NCBI GenBank assembly: GCA_964016885.1
Contig: OZ024745.1
Coordinates: forward strand, 78,740,001-78,804,000
DNA length: 64,000 nucleotides
Reading direction: 5' to 3'
Origin: Eledone cirrhosa
Lineage: Eukaryota
Shown here: positions 28,151 through 40,990 of the stretch, piece after piece
Position numbering within the stretch: the first letter of the stretch is position 1
Layout of the letters: each line of letters opens with the position of its first letter
Made by a program: the position numbers and the translations under genes
The notes under the pieces: model-generated
What the model was told of the DNA's origin: nothing
The model's input: only the letters and a program-made list of their open reading frames with translations
Databases searched by the model: none

Positions 28151-28239
28151 ATAATAATGACAACAATAATAACAATAATAATTTAAAAAATAGAAACAAA
28201 AGAAAAAAAGAATAGGAAAATATAGAGAAAAAGAAAGAA

Positions 28240-28500
28240 AGAATAACGGGAGGGGATGGGAAGTGGAGGGGATGGCGAACACTCTAGTGTCGCAAAAGAG
28301 AGGGGAGGGTGATTGGACTTTGGGCCTAGGGCATGGGGGCCGAAGGGCTGTGCTCCACAGACAAGACCGCAAAAGCATTCCCGCAGACAGTGGCCAGTGA
28401 CACCCGCTGCAACAGCCTCCCAACCTCGCGGGGCTCCTTCCTCAGACGGCCCGCTGACGATCCGATCTTGCGGAGGAGCTCGGCTGTACGGGGTCCAAAT
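28240..28500 (-). mobile_element. CRE-clade LINE 3' end; related piece at about 40735-40900 (+)
   Basis: GPRTAELLRKIG...EPREVGRLLQRVSLATVCGNAFAVL; the 3' UTR CCCTAGGCC..AG.CC.ATCAC is shared with about 40816-40840. Confidence 0.7.
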
Positions 28501-30197
28501 TATACAATACTTCCACTGCTTATAACAATGGACTGAATTTTTTCCTGAGGTACCATTTTGTTTGTTTGCATGCATGCATTTATGTATGTATGTACCCAAA
28601 GGAACGTCTATGGCCGATGATTGAAACTAATTCACAGGCTCAGCTTGTCATATTTATATTGTCCATTACATATAGATTGTCGATTCAAAGTGAACCAATT
28701 GAGTCTATACATACTTGGAGGGGAAATTCCTCTTCTTAGGGTTAAAATATTGGGTAAATTTAAAACAGTTTTCTCTTTCTGCTAACTATTGTGTGCATGT
28801 ATGAACCCATTGCTCTTCATAGAATCGTAGGTGTGTCATTGTGACATACGACGTATCCTAGTACTTTCAGTCTGGCGGAGCCCATACCTCTCAATATCTA
28901 ATCACTGTCGATTTTTTTCCAGGCCAAGAATGGTTTTATTCTGTAGTTTTGTTTGTCATATTTTATCACAAACTTCAAAGTTGATAACACAGATATTTTT
29001 AAATAAAAAAAATAAAATAAAAATTCGCACGAAAACAAATTAAAAACAGAACTTAAAACTTCAATTCTATTTAAGAAATGTTGATGTAATTTGACTTTGA
29101 ATCTGTAATAAAGTTTTATTTCTTTGTGTGTAAAATGTGGAAAAATATATATATATATACTGAAATCGAAACAACTGAACTGAAAATGAAAAAACCGCTA
29201 TGAAAATTAAAATCGACAAATAAACTTTGATATAACTAAAATGCTGTTCATGTTTTAAACTGCATTTTTTCCCGTTCAAAATAGTGATTTGTTGGTGATT
29301 ATTCTATTGTAATTAACAAAGAAAATGTATATTATTTACAACTCCAATGTGAGCGCTACAGAATTAGAGTAACCCCTCAGGAAGCTTAGGCTGCAGCCCG
29401 TTTCTATTCCTGCTTGCAATATTTCACTCCACTGACCCCTCGTGCCAATGTGCGGTAGTCAAATAGCCTGACGAAAGCCTCGATGAGGCTTACTTGCTTG
29501 CTCTCAATGAAACTTTCAATGATGAACAAACGAACTTCCAAGGTTTATGATACATCTTCATTAGTCTAAACCTCCGTTAAGAATGTAAACTAAAACTAAA
29601 AACTAGCGTCCTATTTTGTAAAGTATCTTTCTGTTTTGATAGGCATAAGAGAAGAATGTTAAATTTACATAGTTGAAATAAGAATTCTATGTATGAAGTT
29701 CATGTTTAGTGATACCACTCTCACGGGAGACCAGGATGCTATTAGTCTTACGTAAATCTTTTTTTTATTTCCTGTTTCTTGTTTATAGTAGAAGGAAGAA
29801 TGTTACGTCTGTGTTTGCTTAACTGTCTGTATATCCCTTTGACTATGTGTTTGCAAGTATGAGTGTGTGTAAGATTACGAAATTTAATTTAATCGCGACT
29901 GGGTGATATCGGAAAAGAGGAAAATATCATGAAATGTGGAGTACATTCCTGATTGAAGGGATTTAATTCATGGCGCAAATACCCTTGAAAAAGGTATATC
30001 ACAACCTCACTGAGCTTTCCCGTTTTTGTGCCTCATCAGAACAAGCCATATGTTTCTGGTGGTTTGATCTAATCTCTTAGTTGATCCAATATTCATGTGC
30101 AATCCACCATTCATGCACAATCTTATGTAGTCGACGTTACGTTAAACATCATATTTATTTGGTAATTCCACCATGTAATTTCTGTGTGTATACTTAC

Positions 30198-30234
30198 AAT
30201 GGCTTCAATGATAAATATATTAAATGTGACATAT
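30198..30234 (-). CDS. Gene B candidate 37-nt frame-shifting exon
   Basis: caatttgtag|ATATGTCACATTTAATATATTTATCATTGAAGCCATT|GTAAGTA; phase 1 to 2; encodes NMSHLIYLSLKP. Confidence 0.45.
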
Positions 30235-31042
30235 CTACAAATTGTGAATACAAAGAAGACAAAACCAACCAGATAAATCAAACATCTCAAACAACTAACG
30301 CAAAGTTTTAGAAACGACATGTGTGCAGCCAACTTGCAGGAGACATGTAGGCATCTATTAAGGCACATCTTTAGAATGTTTTGTTACTGTCTAAGCCCCA
30401 TTTCCTACAATGATCTCCTCATTATCGGACATCCCTGTCATGGGGAGTTCTGAAAATAGCCAAACAAAGGAATTTCTACTCAGATTTAACAAGAGTTATC
30501 TCTAGTTATGTGACAGGAGTGAATACATTGCAAGCTTCAACAAAGTGATAGTGCTAAAAGGAAACACTACAAAATAACTCATTTAATGTCTATACTTTTG
30601 AAATGAGATATTGAATAATTGTGGTTTTACATATCGTCAACCTCAATTTTTTATATTTCCGTTATTTCATATAATTTTTTGTTGTTATTAATTTTCCAGT
30701 AGAATTTCATAGTAAGTAGTCAGTATTGTCAAAAATCAAAACAGTAAAAGCAAAATATCTAGTATGTTAGTTTGTCGCGAGGAAAAGAAATAGCCAACAA
30801 ACCGGGTTGAGCTTTTCTGTTCGGAAAAATAAGAGAGATTTATATCTTTGTATAAAAAAGATACCTGAAGATGACCAAAATGCTAGCTGAATGAAAATAG
30901 AAGTACATAACTAGAGGTTAATATGCCTTAAACCTCAAACTACTTTAACCCATTTAACGTTTTGGTTTGTGATATTTTGTTCTGGGGCTTCTTTTTTTTA
31001 TAGTTTATTATGAAAATGAAGAAATATGTTGTGGGCACTTAC

Positions 31043-31171
31043 TGAGACCTTCCACATTGCAGAGATGTCCTCGACAAAAACATACTGTATCCATGAAATA
31101 ACTGTAACAGCCGTCTTTTGGAAGCTTTTTTGGAAAGTGATATATATCATCTGAACATCCTCGGGCCACCA
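31043..31171 (-). CDS. Gene B LU domain 2, C-half
   Basis: ttttcatccacag| acceptor, A|GTAAGT donor, 129 nt phase 1-1. VVARGCSDDIYHFPKKLPKDGCYSYFMDTVCFCRGHLCNVEGL. Confidence 0.9.
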
Positions 31172-32521
31172 CTGTGGATGAAAAATAAGACTAGTGCTTG
31201 TAAAATGTGTCACTATATTTAGTCGAGTTGATGTGAAAATATATAGATTGTATGTATTTAATTTATACATGCATTTATAAACAATAACTTCATTAGTTAT
31301 GTGGATCAGTTGGGAGAAGAAACAAGTATTTATGCTACTTGAAACTTTGTATTCCAACGTAAATGACTGTTAACATTTCTTTAGAATTCGAGAAAGAAAT
31401 TATAAAAACAATGTGAACTAAAAACCTGAGAATATTTCTTTTGGTCGAGGCAGAATAATGTCTAAATTTAGAACATGGGCTAAATTCTGATTAGCCGCTC
31501 AATTTGAAATAACAAGCTTTGGCTAGTGGTTCTCAAATCACTACTTCGGCATTTATGGCGTTAATGAAGGTTATGTTTCTTTGAGAATGATCATATTAAC
31601 ATGTCCGAAGTTATGAAAAAATTGAAATAAAAGTAGTGAATTACTGTATTGTTTTGTTTTTTCTCGTGTAAAATGATTTCCAATTAACTTATTGTTTTCT
31701 ATATTAAATATATTAGCACTAACGTAAGTATTGTTCTTCATGTAAATAGCTTCTCTGTATAATTTCTTTCCTAAACAATTCTAGTTTTATCTACGTCTAC
31801 AAGTGTACATTTTTTTTTACATCAATTTACTGCTTCTCCCATCACCACTTCGGCAATTACACTTTGTGTTTTGTGTAAAGGCAATATGACTGAGAAAATA
31901 TAGTAAGGACAAATCATTTGTTGATCGGAAGTTCAAATTTACAGCGCATGTCTTGCTATGTTTTTTTGTTTTTCTTTTCGGCAGAACATTTTATTTCACA
32001 TTGCCTGTTTATTTAGTAGGCAAAAGTCGATTAACTGGTGATCAAAGCTACCAATCATCCACTTAACGCCATGAAACCTTAGAAATCACTTTGGGCTTAG
32101 AAGGAAGTGATATTTACATTTATACTTGTTTGGTATAAGCAGCCGTTATAAGTTATCAAAAGATCAACGATGAAGTTTTATCAAAATTATCAAACCAATT
32201 AAACAAAAAGAAATAAAAGCTTCCGAAATTGAATAAAATATGGAAATAATTCATTAGTCGTTAATCCATATCTGATTTGTCTTTTCTCTGAGGATCTGGA
32301 TATTCTAGATGTTCCAGATCACTCAATAGGAACTAAAACTTTCTAAAAAACTGATTTTTGTGTAGAAGGCTGATTTTCTGTCCAAATCGAGATATATTTC
32401 TCATCTGCTTTACGTTAAATAGAGAGTAGCCAAGTAAGTACAGACCATCCCGAACCTTTTTATTTAGAGAATCGATAAGGTTTCCTCTAAAACTATCACC
32501 AAAATGAAAAGTAATACTTAC

Positions 32522-32689
32522 CACCTTCCTGTTGCACTACAGTTCTGACTAAACACACTCCAGTACAATTTGTTCTGTAGATTGTTTGCAACGATTTCAG
32601 CTTTCCATGGCTAGGACAATTGGGATTTTCCTTCTCGTTTGCAATGTTTAGGCAAGAGTAACATTGTTTGGGATCGTCTTCACTTTTAT
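32522..32689 (-). CDS. Gene B LU domain 2, N-half
   Basis: gattctag| acceptor, G|GTAAGT donor, 168 nt phase 1-1. DKSEDDPKQCYSCLNIANEKENPNCPSHGKLKSLQTIYRTNCTGVCLVRTVVQQEG. Confidence 0.88.
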
Positions 32690-33125
32690 CTAGAATCAAA
32701 CATCATTACTTTAATTGGTTGTTGCTGATTTTGTGAGTAGGTCGGCCCTGATCACGCAGACCATCAAGGACATTCCAATCACGATTATACCATCATTTTC
32801 TTTCAGGCACAATGACTACAATGACTAATATGTTTGTTTGTTTTTTTCTTTTTAAGACGGTAGACTGTGATATGAGATGGGTTTTGTACTTATTTCTAGC
32901 ACGTCCATATCATTTGTTTTCCTCGTTGACGCAAGATTTTTGTGACAAATACCGAAAACACCACAGTTCCATTGCCGGACTTAACTATCTCCGTTACTCT
33001 GCTAAAGATTTTGGATGGTGCTTAGATGACATAGCTTCCATTCTCCAATTTCTAAAGGCAATTGATTATCAAACTAATACGGAGTGCAAAAATAAATAGA
33101 TACATAACAGATGAACATTAACACT

Positions 33126-33995
33126 AATAATTGTTTCTACTTTTGGCACAAGGCCAGCAAATACCCAGTGCATTACTGGTACTTTATTTTATCGACCTCG
33201 TAAGGATGAAAGGCAAAGCTAACCTCGGCGGGATTTGAACTCAGAACGTAAAGGGCCAAAACTCTAGTAATGTAATAATTGTTTCTACTTTTGGCACAAG
33301 GCCAGCAATTGCCCAGTACATTACTGGTACTTTATTTTATCGACCCCGTAAGGATGAAAGGCAAAGTTAACCTCGGCGGGATTTGAACTCAGACCATAAA
33401 GGGCCGTAACTCTTTGCTGCAAAGCATGGCGTCCGACCCTCCATCGATACTGCCAATCTACCGCCTAATAATATAATAATAACACTAATAATGATTTCTT
33501 GTATAGGCACAAGGCCAGTAATTTGGGGGAAGGGAGAGTCAATTAAATCGACTCCAGTACGTGACTGGTACTTTATTTGATCGACCCCGTGAGGATGAAA
33601 GGCAAAGTTAACCAAGGCAGGATTTGAAATCAGAACGTAAAGGCCATTACTCTAATAATTGTTTTTACTTTTAGCACAAGGCCAGCACATCACCAGTGTA
33701 TTACTGGTACTTTATTTTATCGACCCAGTAGGGATGAAAGGCAGAGTTAACCGGCAGGATAACATTACTCTAATAATATAATAATAATATAATAATAACA
33801 CTAATAATTGTTTCTACTTTAGGCACAAGGCCAGAAAAGTACCCAGTGCATATCTGGTACTTTATTTTATCGACCCCGTAAGGATGAAAGGCAAAGTCAA
33901 CCTCGGCGGGATTTGAACTCAGATCGTAAAGGGATGTAACTATGCTGGAAAGCATGGCGTCCGACCCTCTACTGATACTGCCAATCCACCGCCCT
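33126..33995 (-). mobile_element. Cluster of about 5 tandem/nested main-family SINEs
   Basis: Repeated AATTGTTTCTACTTT.GGCACAAGGCCAG...GGGATTTGAACTCAG units separated by AAT-rich tails. Confidence 0.88.
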
Positions 33996-34050
33996 AATAA
34001 TAACATTACGTCTCTGCCCGAATTTGAGGCATATTATCTACAAAAGAAAA

Positions 34051-34235
34051 GGGCGGTGGATTGGCAGTATCAGTAGAGGGTCGGACGCCATGCTTTCCAG
34101 CATAGTTACGTCCCTTTACGATCTGAGTTCAAATCCCGCCGAGGTTGACTTTGCCTTTCATCCTTACGGGGTCGATAAAATAAAGTACCAGTAATGCACT
34201 GGGTAATTGCTGGCCTTGTGCCTAAAGTAGAGACA
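34051..34235 (+). mobile_element. Young full-length SINE with 18-bp TSD
   Basis: TSD ATTATCTACAAAAGAAAA at 34033-34050 and 34236-34253. Confidence 0.92.
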
Positions 34236-34775
34236 ATTATCTACAAAAGAAAAAACAAACATCCAAAAATACTTTGTTGGTGCTCAACGCCATTTTTACG
34301 TTCTAGATTATAGATGAGGAAGTAATGGTTTTCTATGCAGTTATAAAATGAATTAAAAACAGCTCCAGAGATTTTTTGATGTTTTTCTTATTCCTCAATA
34401 TTGCTTGCGCTGATTTCTTTTACGAACTTCTTTTCTTTTCCTATCTCTTCTACCTATATTTTTCTGGATATCCAATAATATTCTTACGAAGTAATTGATT
34501 ATAGTAAATTCCCTCTTCCATTACACCAACCACCCTTTGATTTCCCCCCTTCTTCATCTACATTTCTTCTTCTACAAGTAGAATTGTTAGATTGTTTCAT
34601 CAATTCAACTAACAATTTTCTTGAGTTATACTGTATATTCTTGATATATTCGTTCTGAGTATTTAAGTTAGAGAACTGTTGATGGATATGAAAGAATAGA
34701 TAAGTATGTGTGTGTGTGTGTGTGTATGTATACCTGGTTCCTCCAGTAACGTACTACATATAAATATGTAAGTAC

Positions 34776-34811
<36 letters not shown>

Positions 34812-34887
34812 ACTAGAGATTAATTAACATATAAATAAACATGAATAATCACAGGAGGTGATTATTCATGTTTATTTATCTTAATTT

Positions 34888-34990
<103 letters not shown>

Positions 34991-35118
34991 ATACATATAT
35001 ATATATATATGTATATGTCTGTATATATATATATGGTGGGCCATGTGGACGTTAGTATGTAAGCATATATATATAACCACCCAAATTCGCACTATATGCA
35101 AATTATCATTTCCAGCAA

Positions 35119-35645
35119 ATCTTCTTCTTCTTCTTCTTCTTCTTCTTCTTCTTCTTCTTCTTCTTCTTCTTCTTCTTCTTCTTCTTCGCCACTTATTTCT
35201 GAGAGGGTCATGGGGGTAGAGTCCTCAAACACTCCTACCAGCGGGTCCTGTTAGAAGCAACCGACTCCAACTGATCCAGCTGGATCCCTAAGTGTCATCA
35301 GCCAAGCTCATGGATGTTTTCCAACCATCTTGTTCGGGGTGTACCCTAGGGTCTCCTGCCGTTTGGTTTTGCTGCAAAATCTGTCCATCGATTCTTTCCT
35401 GGGACATTCTAACCACATGCCAATAGTATCCGAGCTGTGATCTCTTAATTCGGAGAAGTAACGGCTCTACCTGGAGTGACTCTCTGATCTCCGAGCTACG
35501 CACTTTATTGAGTAACGATACTCGAAAGACCTTTCGGAGGAATCCCATTTCAGCCGCTTGTATTCGCGATCGTATTTTTTCGGTCATTCCCCAAGATTCA
35601 CAACCACAGGTAAGGGTTGGCGCGAAAACCGAATTGAAGATGCAC
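35119..35645 (-). mobile_element. RTE-clade LINE 3' fragment with (GAA)n tail
   Basis: APTLTCGCESWGMTEKIRSRIQAAEMGFLR...; (CTT)n at 35121-35187 is the tail. Confidence 0.88.
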
Positions 35646-35915
35646 AAAATCTATATAGGCTCTCGTCTATTTTCATCTGAGTGGATGTCACTGTTGAGAG
35701 ATTAACGAATCTTTAAACAGCAGCCTGGCATTCTCAACGACTACTGAGATGTATGTGACGTGCACATAGCAAAAATGAGAAAAATAACTTTTTCACAACG
35801 AAAAAATAGTTTTCCTTGATAGCGATGCTCTCATATCTTTATTGTATATATACATACAGTTTATGCTTTCATATACACCCCTATTATACTTAACGCTATC
35901 TTAGTGTTACTGCCA

Positions 35916-35983
<68 letters not shown>

Positions 35984-36099
35984 AAGTAAGGTTTTTTATA
36001 TCCTGCATGGGTAAAAATATAGGGACAAGAAGTTGAAAATGCAACTGGAATCTTATTGAAGATTTATTTACAATAACTTTACTGGTTTCACTGTTGTAT

Positions 36100-36655
36100 G
36101 GGGGAGAGCTGGTAGGTAAATTACATGAGGCGATTAGAAATGGCATTACGACTGACGTGCTAAGCAGCGAGAATGGCAATAGACCATTTCTTCGATACGA
36201 AACACGAAGGTTGCGTGCTCTAAGAAACGAGGGAACGACAGCTGTTCGGTGCCCCCCCCCCCCCCCCGTGGCGGAGGCGCAGCGTGGTAATAGAACCACG
36301 ATTCGGTCTTTGGTGGCCCGAGACGAACGCGTGCTGAACGATTCCAGGCAGATGTGTGCGACCTTCCGCCAGCACTTTGCTCAACTGTTCGGGGAGGAGG
36401 AGGGATCGGAGACGGTGGCGAACTTCAGTTCCTACTTAGACGGCCACTCGCGACTCTCCCCGGTCGATGTTGCGTGCTGCGAAGGGTCGATAACATCAGC
36501 CGATATTCGGGATGACTTTGTTGGTTGCACGGGGTGCAAGCCACCCGGTTTGAATGGTCTGCTCTACGAGTTTTACGTAGATATGCCAGACTTGGTCTTC
36601 GATTTCTTCAAAGCGGTCTACTGCAACTGGCAGCAGAATGGGAGTACAGATAATC
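36100..36655 (+). mobile_element. Diverged Tx1/L1 ORF2 fragment
   Basis: RALRNEG, QMCATFRQHFAQLFG, CEGSI, PGLNGLLYEFY, AVYCNWQQNG, homologous to 41330-41870. Confidence 0.85.
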
Positions 36656-36934
36656 ATTGAGGAGATCACCTAATGTGTGACGAAATAACTTTGATAAACA
36701 AATGAATAACGAACAATAAAGATAAAGTGAAAATAATATGGTGCGTGTGTTTCTTTCTATTGTCAATATTGGCAACATGTCTATCCCCAAATATAACAAT
36801 ATCGGTTTCAACACACGATTTCACATCATGAATATTGCATAACACACACACACACACACACACACACTTATTTATATATATATATATATATATATAAAAA
36901 GCCAACAGTATTCCATAATATATACACACACACA

Positions 36935-37004
<70 letters not shown>

Positions 37005-37067
37005 TGTGTGTGTGTATATATTATGGAATACTGTTGGCTTTTTGCTACAATATTTTCTATACCTTTC

Positions 37068-37115
<48 letters not shown>

Positions 37116-37140
37116 GTCTGTATGATTGTGTATAGAAGAT

Positions 37141-37520
37141 TATATTAATAAAAGGAATTCCAGCTTTGTCTGATTTACTCGTTTTATTTACAATCCTTTA
37201 AAATTATAATGATATTATAATGAAATAGTATGGTAGAATATTAAATGTTAAATGTTAATTGAACAAGTACTTTCATACTTTCGCAATCTTCAGGTTCATA
37301 TTCTTGGTGATAGTCAAGCTGGCAATTTTCAACAGTTGACAATTGCAAACTTGACAGTCACCACAGAATATGAACCTGAAGATTGCGAAAGTATGAAAGT
37401 ACTTGTTCAATTAACATTTAACATTTAATATTCTACCATACTATTTCATTATAATATCATTATAATTTTAAAGGATTGTAAATAAAACGAGTAAATTAGA
37501 CAAAGTTGGAATTCCTTTTA

Positions 37521-37528
<8 letters not shown>
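37141..37528. repeat. Fold-back (near-perfect hairpin) element in (TA)n
   Basis: Arms of about 190 bp, apex near 37334. Confidence 0.92.
37371..37409 (+). ncRNA. Minimal type I hammerhead ribozyme (mirror copy 37260-37298, -)
   Basis: TGAAC-CTGAAGA-TTGC GAAA GTAT-GAA-AGTACT-T-GTTCA. Confidence 0.65.
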
Positions 37529-37561
<33 letters not shown>

Positions 37562-37906
37562 AAAAATAGAAGTTTTCGCTGTATTTTTTTACTAAAGAAA
37601 CCTCCGGTGGAAAAGATGAGTATTGACCTCAATACTCATCCTTTTCCATTTTTGAGAGGGTTCTAAACCCCACTATCGGACTATGGTTTCTTTAGTCAAA
37701 AAGTAAGGCGAAGGCTTCTGTTTTCTAGTTTCAAGCTGGATCGCTGTTTCAAAAACATGCTTACTTGGATATATATATATATATATATATATATTGGTAA
37801 ACGGAATAGAAAATGCTGACAAATTGTTCACAGTTGAAAAATGGTTTAATTAGGAATAAAAGAGTATTAGTAATTGTATGGGTTAGTATTCAGTTGTGGT
37901 TTTAAG

Positions 37907-37951
<45 letters not shown>

Positions 37952-38285
37952 TTAGAAAGTATAAGCTTTCACCGTATTTTAGACTATATTATATATATAT
38001 ATAAGAAATTAGAAATTATAAGCTTTCACCGTATTTTAGACTAAAGAAATTTCTAGCCTGATAGTGAGGTTTATAACCCTCGGAGAAATGGAAAAAGATG
38101 AGTGTTGCCGTACTTAATATATTTTATATAGATTATAAAACTTCTCCCTTTTTTCAATAATGTTACTTTGACGAATCAAAGAAGAAAAAAGAAAAACAGA
38201 TCCTTAAATATATTTTCCGTGCTAATTCCAATTCCACTTTCTCTCTATAACCCCTGTTTTGTATAGAACCTTACTCCCTTTTCAA

Positions 38286-38329
<44 letters not shown>

Positions 38330-38335
<6 letters not shown>

Positions 38336-38682
38336 GATATTAATAAATGGAAATTATATTTATAAAACTATATTTATTTCATTATACATATTTCAGGGAT
38401 ACCAAATTAAATTATGGCATGCCTTCATCAGACAAAATACAATATATAACAGTTTTACAAATAAGCTTTGACGTAACCTTTTAAAATGCGACCAATCCAG
38501 ATGGCTTACAAAAATAATGGTCGCATTTTAAAAGGGTACGTCAAAGCTTATTTGTAAAACTGTTATATATTGTATTTTGTCTGATGAAGGCATACCATAA
38601 TTTAATTTGGTATCCCTGAAATATGTATAATGAAATAAATATGGTTTTATAAATATAGTTTCCATTTATTAATATCGTATAT
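38330..38682. repeat. Fold-back element in (TA)n
   Basis: Arms 38330-38494 and 38518-38682 with a loop of about 23 nt. Confidence 0.92.
38573..38637 (+). ncRNA. Type I hammerhead ribozyme (mirror copy in the left arm)
   Basis: TATTTTGT-CTGATGA-AGGCATACCA...TGGTATCCCT-GAA-ATATGTAT-A-ATGAAATA; stem I includes G.U pairs. Confidence 0.6.
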
Positions 38683-38768
38683 CTACTCCAAATACTTGTC
38701 GAGTGCTTTATATCAGTTATAAAAATATTTACTTGTTGTATCCCAACAATTTTAAATAGAACTTTTGC

Positions 38769-38899
<131 letters not shown>

Positions 38900-38907
38900 C
38901 GAGAGAG

Positions 38908-38989
<82 letters not shown>

Positions 38990-39670
38990 CGTGTATGTGA
39001 GTGCGTGAGTGTACATGTAAGGAGTAAGAGAGAGAGAGGGGGAGTAACTAAGCCGACGGTTGCCTTAACTAGAACGTACATAAATCTACATCAAACCAAT
39101 GCTAACCACTATCTCAAGCACACGTAGTTCATAAACTTACGTTCAACCCTACTTGCCAGGCTCATACCGCACAAGACAAGGTTAAAATCAATACTCCAGC
39201 CATACCAGCAAAACAATAACCAGTATGCACCAATTACTGATGTTTGGGTAATGGATGTCATCAGGCTGCAGCCGTTTATATAATGAACATCTATACAAAA
39301 TAGAGCTGACCATGTATATTGGTTTATGTATGCATTAAAAGAATAAAGAATAAAAAACAGGCATTATCAAAATTACCATTTAGAGACTATTTTCAATATA
39401 TTGCAACTTACTTGAAGCTATTATTTGGAAGCCAAGCATAAAAAATCCGAGCATTAAGACTAATATATTCACAGATATCATTGTATCCTTGAAAGGTAGA
39501 ATTCCTTGACAGCGGTCGCTTGCTCAGTCAAAGTATCCCCTACAGTTTCTAACAGACTTCTGGGCGGCTCGATGTAAAAGCACCAGTATTTGCGATGCAT
39601 AGTAGTATACAATTATACAGCAACACACACACGCTTTCATACATAAATACATACACACACACACATACGT

Positions 39671-39707
<37 letters not shown>

Positions 39708-39709
39708 CA

Positions 39710-39833
<124 letters not shown>

Positions 39834-40180
39834 TTAAATGCTTAAGACATGTTTGATTTGTCTAAATAAACAGCGGTTCTTTTTCATTTTCTTGAAAAAT
39901 GTTAAACAAAAACAATCCATAATAAATAAACATAGGAAGACTCAGGAATGCACCTCACTATACCAAATATATCCGTGTGTACCAACACAGAGCTCTAAAT
40001 ACATAGAACAATTGCTCAAATAGACAATACACAAATATACAGATACATTCACGTATGTAAATATGTGCTAACATACACGTTCACAAACGCACGCATTTGA
40101 ACTCACATGGCGTATATAGGCATATATGAGTGTATGTCTATGGTCACACACACTCACTCACGCGTGCACGCATATATATA

Positions 40181-40258
<78 letters not shown>

Positions 40259-40990
40259 AATTAGCACATGTCAACGTTTCAGACCTTGTATTGAAGCAGC
40301 CATCGGTGCTAACGACGGATTCATTCAAGTAGATATGTAAAGGAGTGTTTCAAGATTATTCATGTCAATTCTTTCACAATTAAAACTCTTCTGTCATGAC
40401 TTATGCGTCTTTTACTAAATTCATGCAAATGTCCTCAAAGAACCGAGCAACCCTTTATACACCTCTGCACACACATAATGATCACATCACTTATCATACA
40501 CTTTGATAACCATCTCATTGGACCCAACGGTTCCATAACAGACAGAATATAACGTGCTATGCACACAAACACATGCATATACACACACGCGCGCGCTGAC
40601 ACACACACACACGCTCCCATTCTCACAGCCACTCATCTTAACACTTATACGACACCTTCTATCTTCGGAAATAAACAAAGAACGAAAGCTATCCCCACAC
40701 CTGTAGCCCTATCACTAACTTCACTGGTTGCATTTCGGTCAAATATCGGCCAATCTAAGCAGAAGGAATCCCTTTCAAATGCTTGTCCACGGGGTGCAGT
40801 ACCAACACCACCGCGCCCTAGGCCTAGAGCCCATCACGCTCCCCCTTCCCCCTCCCATTCTTCTGTGGCCCTAGATCCCTTGTCCTTCTCTTCATTTTCC
40901 GTTTTTAAATATCTGTAGTGTTGCTGTTGTTTGAAATAGATTTGTTTATGATAGTTTTTAATTTTTATTAATAAAACCTGAGGCTAAACT

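Noticed and set aside
33126-34240. CRISPR-like repeat/spacer appearance
   Set aside because: The units are SINE copies of variable length in a eukaryotic context with no cas genes.
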